Assembly: GCA_965208905.1 (NCBI GenBank)
Contig: OZ242365.1
Span: 224,001-288,000, forward strand
Source: Nitrosopumilaceae archaeon
Lineage (GTDB): Archaea; Thermoproteota; Nitrososphaeria; Nitrososphaerales; Nitrosopumilaceae
Length of the DNA: 64,000 nucleotides
Reading direction: 5' to 3'
Shown: one piece after another, positions 60,724 to 64,000 of the stretch
Position numbering within the stretch: the first letter of the stretch is position 1
Layout: every line of letters begins with the position of its first letter
Position numbers and translations under genes: made by a program
Notes under the pieces: model-generated
Database searches by the model: none
Seen by the model: only the letters and a program-made list of their open reading frames with translations
Told to the model about the DNA's origin: nothing

Positions 60724-61773
60724 TTGAGCGCAAAACGCGACTATTATGAGGTGTTAGGTGTTGGCCGGGATGCTGAGGCTGATGAGATAAAGTCACAATA
60801 CAGAAAACTCGCCCTCAAATTTCACCCAGACAGAAACAAGTCTGCCGATGCTCCTGAGCACTTCAAAGAGATAGCAGAGGCGTATGCCGTACTCTCTGAT
60901 CCTGAGAAGAGACAGTTGTATGATCAGCGGGGCCACAAAGGTGTAGATGATCAGTACACCCGTGAGGACATATTTGGTGGTGGCGGGTTTGATGATATAT
61001 TTCAAAACATATTTGGGGGTGGATTTGGCCGAGGATTTGGCGGTGCTGAACAACAAGCAGAGGCGCTATTCAAAGAGGTCGAGGTGACGTTAGAGGAGGT
61101 GGCGCAAGGCAAGCGCATCAATCTTGACGTAGACAAAGATGTGCTGTGTGATAGTTGTTCTGGTAGTGGTTGCGCGCCTGGTACTAAAAAGGAGAGATGC
61201 GAGGTCTGTGGTGGAAGCGGTCAGACACAGACTACTAGAAATGTTGGATTTACGTCTTTTAGAACAGTTACACCATGTCGTAGGTGTCAGGGTTCGGGCT
61301 ATTACATAATGCATCCATGCAAAAAATGTAGGGGTGCGGGGCGACATCGTGGCAGAAAGGTGGTCACCTTTGACGTACCCCCCGGAGCAGAACAGGCAGA
61401 CTACCTACTGAGAGGGTCCGGACATGAGATGCCCAATGGTAGAAACGGTGACTTGATTGTACGTCTCCATATGAAGCCCCACAAATATTTTCGCAGAGAT
61501 GGATTTGACATATATTTTGATCATCATATCGATATTGTTGATGCCATTCTAGGTGGTAAGTTCAAGGTACCCACACTAAAGGGGGGTACGACATCGCTAA
61601 ATATTGATGCGGGAAGCCAGCCAAATACAATAATCAAGCTGCGAGGCAAGGGACTGCCCAAATCTAACGCATGGGGGAGTGGCGATATGTATGCTCGCGT
61701 AGTTGTAGACATACCAAGGAAGATAAACAAGCGTCAAAAAGACTTGTTATTTCAGTTCAAAGATGCGGTATAA
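60724..61773 (+). CDS. dnaJ: chaperone DnaJ
   Basis: J-domain HPD, four CxxCxGxG repeats. Confidence 0.96.
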   Translation: MSAKRDYYEVLGVGRDAEADEIKSQYRKLALKFHPDRNKSADAPEHFKEIAEAYAVLSDPEKRQLYDQRGHKGVDDQYTREDIFGGGGFDDIFQNIFGGGFGRGFGGAEQQAEALFKEVEVTLEEVAQGKRINLDVDKDVLCDSCSGSGCAPGTKKERCEVCGGSGQTQTTRNVGFTSFRTVTPCRRCQGSGYYIMHPCKKCRGAGRHRGRKVVTFDVPPGAEQADYLLRGSGHEMPNGRNGDLIVRLHMKPHKYFRRDGFDIYFDHHIDIVDAILGGKFKVPTLKGGTTSLNIDAGSQPNTIIKLRGKGLPKSNAWGSGDMYARVVVDIPRKINKRQKDLLFQFKDAV

Positions 61774-61811
61774 CAGAAAGGTATTATTTCCGAATATATG
61801 ATAAAATCAAT

Positions 61812-61896
61812 GCGGGAGTCGCCCAGCCTGGCCAAAGGCGTAAGGTTCAGGTCCTTATCTCTTAGGAGTTCGTGGGTTCAAATCCCATCTCCCGCA
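61812..61896 (+). tRNA. tRNA-Leu(CAG)
   Basis: GCGGGAG acceptor stem, TAAGG-TTCAGGT-CCTTA anticodon arm, long variable arm. Confidence 0.92.
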
Positions 61897-61948
61897 TTAT
61901 ACACATCTTGCGCAGTACGTATTGTGTGGTAAACTTACATGAATAAGT

Positions 61949-62122
61949 TTGTGGTTTCCGCATGACGGTGAAGGGCGGCAGCTTAAGGGAGGCGAGAGAG
62001 TTTGCTATGTGTAGGCGATGAGTCATCATCTCTGGATGATCGCCTGGGTGTATCATATTGTGCTGCTGGTGCAGGGCGGCCGGATGAGATTCTGGGGGTT
62101 TTATACTAGTGGAACACACCCT
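61949..62122 (+). repeat. ~175-bp dispersed repeat, copy B
   Basis: Aligns with the reverse complement of 26375-26549; differences are mostly transitions. Confidence 0.85.
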
Positions 62123-62169
62123 CCAAATATGATCAAGCAGCAGAGTCTCTGGTTCAAAGGGAGGCAGTA

Positions 62170-62898
62170 TTGGCCATCATATATAATGAACTTGCAGATA
62201 ATACATCACACTTGTCTGTGAATGAGATAGCAGAGTCATTGGATTTGTTGGAAGAAGAGTGGGAGATAGATGCCACATTAAGGAAGTTCATACTAGGGGA
62301 GGTCAAAAGTAGTGATTACACGCATACCATAGGCGATGTCACGTTTCACATACCGTATTTGATTGATCATAACAAGTACGTGTTATGGAAGTGTTACTGG
62401 CCGGACTGCCACAACTGTTGTGAGCGCCAGGGTAGACTACCTTTGACATCTGATGATCTAATCAGTATAAAGTCAACTCTAAACTATTCTAAACTCTCAG
62501 AGTTCATAGAAAAAGAGACGGTAGTAGCTACATGGCAAGAGCCAACAGCCATCATGTCAGGAATAAATTTGAAGCGCAAAGATGATGAGACTGACAAAGA
62601 TGATGGGACTAGAATTCCATGCAGGTTTTTGGATGATAAAGGCTCATGCAAGATACATCCATCAAGACCCGGAGTGTGTTACTTGTATCCATTCAGTACA
62701 TGGTTGGAGAGTCATGGTGGTCAGGCTCGCATACAGGCGACATACCAGTTTACTGGAGACTGCCCAGGATTTTATCTGGGCGATACCATTACAGAGATGA
62801 AAGATATACTAGATGAGTATTCAGGTGTAATAGCAAGATATAGTGTACAGTATGCTCGAACCTCACGAGAAGGTTATGGTGCTGCCAGTATATTATAG
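62170..62898 (+). CDS. YkgJ-family zinc/iron-chelating protein
   Basis: C...C.NCC, C.FL....C.I...RP.VC..YPF, CPG. Confidence 0.85.
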   Translation: MAIIYNELADNTSHLSVNEIAESLDLLEEEWEIDATLRKFILGEVKSSDYTHTIGDVTFHIPYLIDHNKYVLWKCYWPDCHNCCERQGRLPLTSDDLISIKSTLNYSKLSEFIEKETVVATWQEPTAIMSGINLKRKDDETDKDDGTRIPCRFLDDKGSCKIHPSRPGVCYLYPFSTWLESHGGQARIQATYQFTGDCPGFYLGDTITEMKDILDEYSGVIARYSVQYARTSREGYGAASIL

Positions 62899-63066
62899 GC
62901 CAGGCCTATCGGGTATGTAGTCAGCTGCCATGTTGATGGCAGCATCCTTCATTATCTCAAGATAACTATCATAGTCAGCCTCAAACCCACAGTGCGTACA
63001 TTTTACATGTGTCACATCATCATCGAGTATGGCTACTCTGTTACACTCAGGACAGCGTGCATCCAT
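62893..63066 (-). CDS. small zinc-ribbon protein (57 aa, absent from the ORF track)
   Basis: Manual translation MDARCPECNRVAILDDDVTHVKCTHCGFEADYDSYLEIMKDAAINMAADYIPDRPGL*. Confidence 0.75.
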   Translation of the reverse strand: MDARCPECNRVAILDDDVTHVKCTHCGFEADYDSYLEIMKDAAINMAADYIPDRPGL

Positions 63067-63122
63067 TATACATTAAGTATGTGAATTAACCTATTTAATT
63101 GCGTCTGCATATGGTTTCTTGG

Positions 63123-63196
63123 GCGGTGCTGGTCTAGCCAGGTAGGACGCCAGCTTCCCAAGCTGGTTATCGCGGGTTCAAATCCCGCGCACCGCA
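63123..63196 (+). tRNA. tRNA-Gly(CCC)
   Basis: GCGGTGC/GCACCGC acceptor stem, CCAGC-TTCCCAA-GCTGG anticodon arm. Confidence 0.92.
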
Positions 63197-63197
63197 C

Positions 63198-63977
63198 CTA
63201 CATCTTTCGCAGTTCCAGTATTGCCCTCTGCATGGCCCCCCGGTCCGGAGCATGGGGCGATAGTTTTACGTACTGTTCCAGATCATCGGCGGCGAGTCCA
63301 AATGCTTCTCGTTTGTTTCGTAGATATGCTCGATTCTTGTAGATGCTGCCGCTTCGCTTTGGGTCTAGCTGTATGGCGCGGTCATAGTTATCTTCTGACT
63401 TTTCTATGTTGTCTCTTTTGAGGTAGTAATTTCCCAGCCCGCTGTACGCCAGAAAGTACCGTCGATTGAGTTTTATGCATTCAGCATAGCTGTTTATGCA
63501 ATCATCATCACCATGTTTGTTTTGTAGATCGGCAAAGAAGAGCCAAGCAGTTGCATTAGTTCTGTCTATAGATAAAGCCTGCTCTAAGAACGAGCGAGTC
63601 TTATCATCATTATTTGATAGCATGGCCCTCTCGGCCTCAAGACAGAGTCTTAATGACTCTGAATTTTTCTGTGTTATAACATCAGAAGGTCCAATAAGTA
63701 TGGCTATACGGTCTTCCTGACTCCATTTATCTTCAAATATGTCATGCGGTATAGCACCCTCATATATCCCCTCTTCGGTACCTTCGGGGATATAATGAAG
63801 TATCGTAGTTTCATCATAGCCGGAGAGTACCGATATGTGTTGTGTCACAGCACCAAGTCCTGGGAGTACTACTATGGGAGGTATGCCAGAGTCGATGGCA
63901 GAGAAGAGGCCGGACATATCGGTCTTTAGTACAGATACAGTTAGATTGTGGGCTTCTGCCAGCTCTATCCCCTCCAT
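63198..63977 (-). CDS. C39-peptidase-like + TPR protein, probably extending past the window end
   Basis: G.PPIV, H..V..GYD fold motif followed by TPR repeats. Confidence 0.7.
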   Translation of the reverse strand: MEGIELAEAHNLTVSVLKTDMSGLFSAIDSGIPPIVVLPGLGAVTQHISVLSGYDETTILHYIPEGTEEGIYEGAIPHDIFEDKWSQEDRIAILIGPSDVITQKNSESLRLCLEAERAMLSNNDDKTRSFLEQALSIDRTNATAWLFFADLQNKHGDDDCINSYAECIKLNRRYFLAYSGLGNYYLKRDNIEKSEDNYDRAIQLDPKRSGSIYKNRAYLRNKREAFGLAADDLEQYVKLSPHAPDRGAMQRAILELRKM

Positions 63978-64000
63978 AATGACACTACCTGCATCAGGTG

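Overview
Archaeal chromosome segment. Gene content and order point to Nitrososphaerota (Thaumarchaeota), Nitrosopumilaceae/Cenarchaeum-like: his genes, dph2, tiaS, thiolase+DUF35, split coxB/coxA with a blue-copper protein, cbi genes, bacterial-type metK, lhr, rpa, grpE-dnaK-dnaJ and five tRNAs. The most unusual signal is a set of transposase-free elements that carry tnpB (RuvC/Cas12f-like RNA-guided nuclease) genes but have cut-and-paste (DDE-type) ends rather than IS200/IS605/IS607 ends. Element 1 (15554-17169) has perfect 25-bp terminal inverted repeats (TIRs) and an exact 8-bp target-site duplication (TSD). Element 2 (26605-28075) has different perfect 28-bp TIRs and a 7/8 TSD. A third, decayed and unrelated tnpB 3' end (from 34740) is joined to the element-1 TIR. 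Further relics include a ~175-bp repeat present twice, an IS481-like fragment and degenerate MITE-like stretches. Start codons were adjusted by eye from the ORF track. All family assignments come from motif recognition, not database searches.
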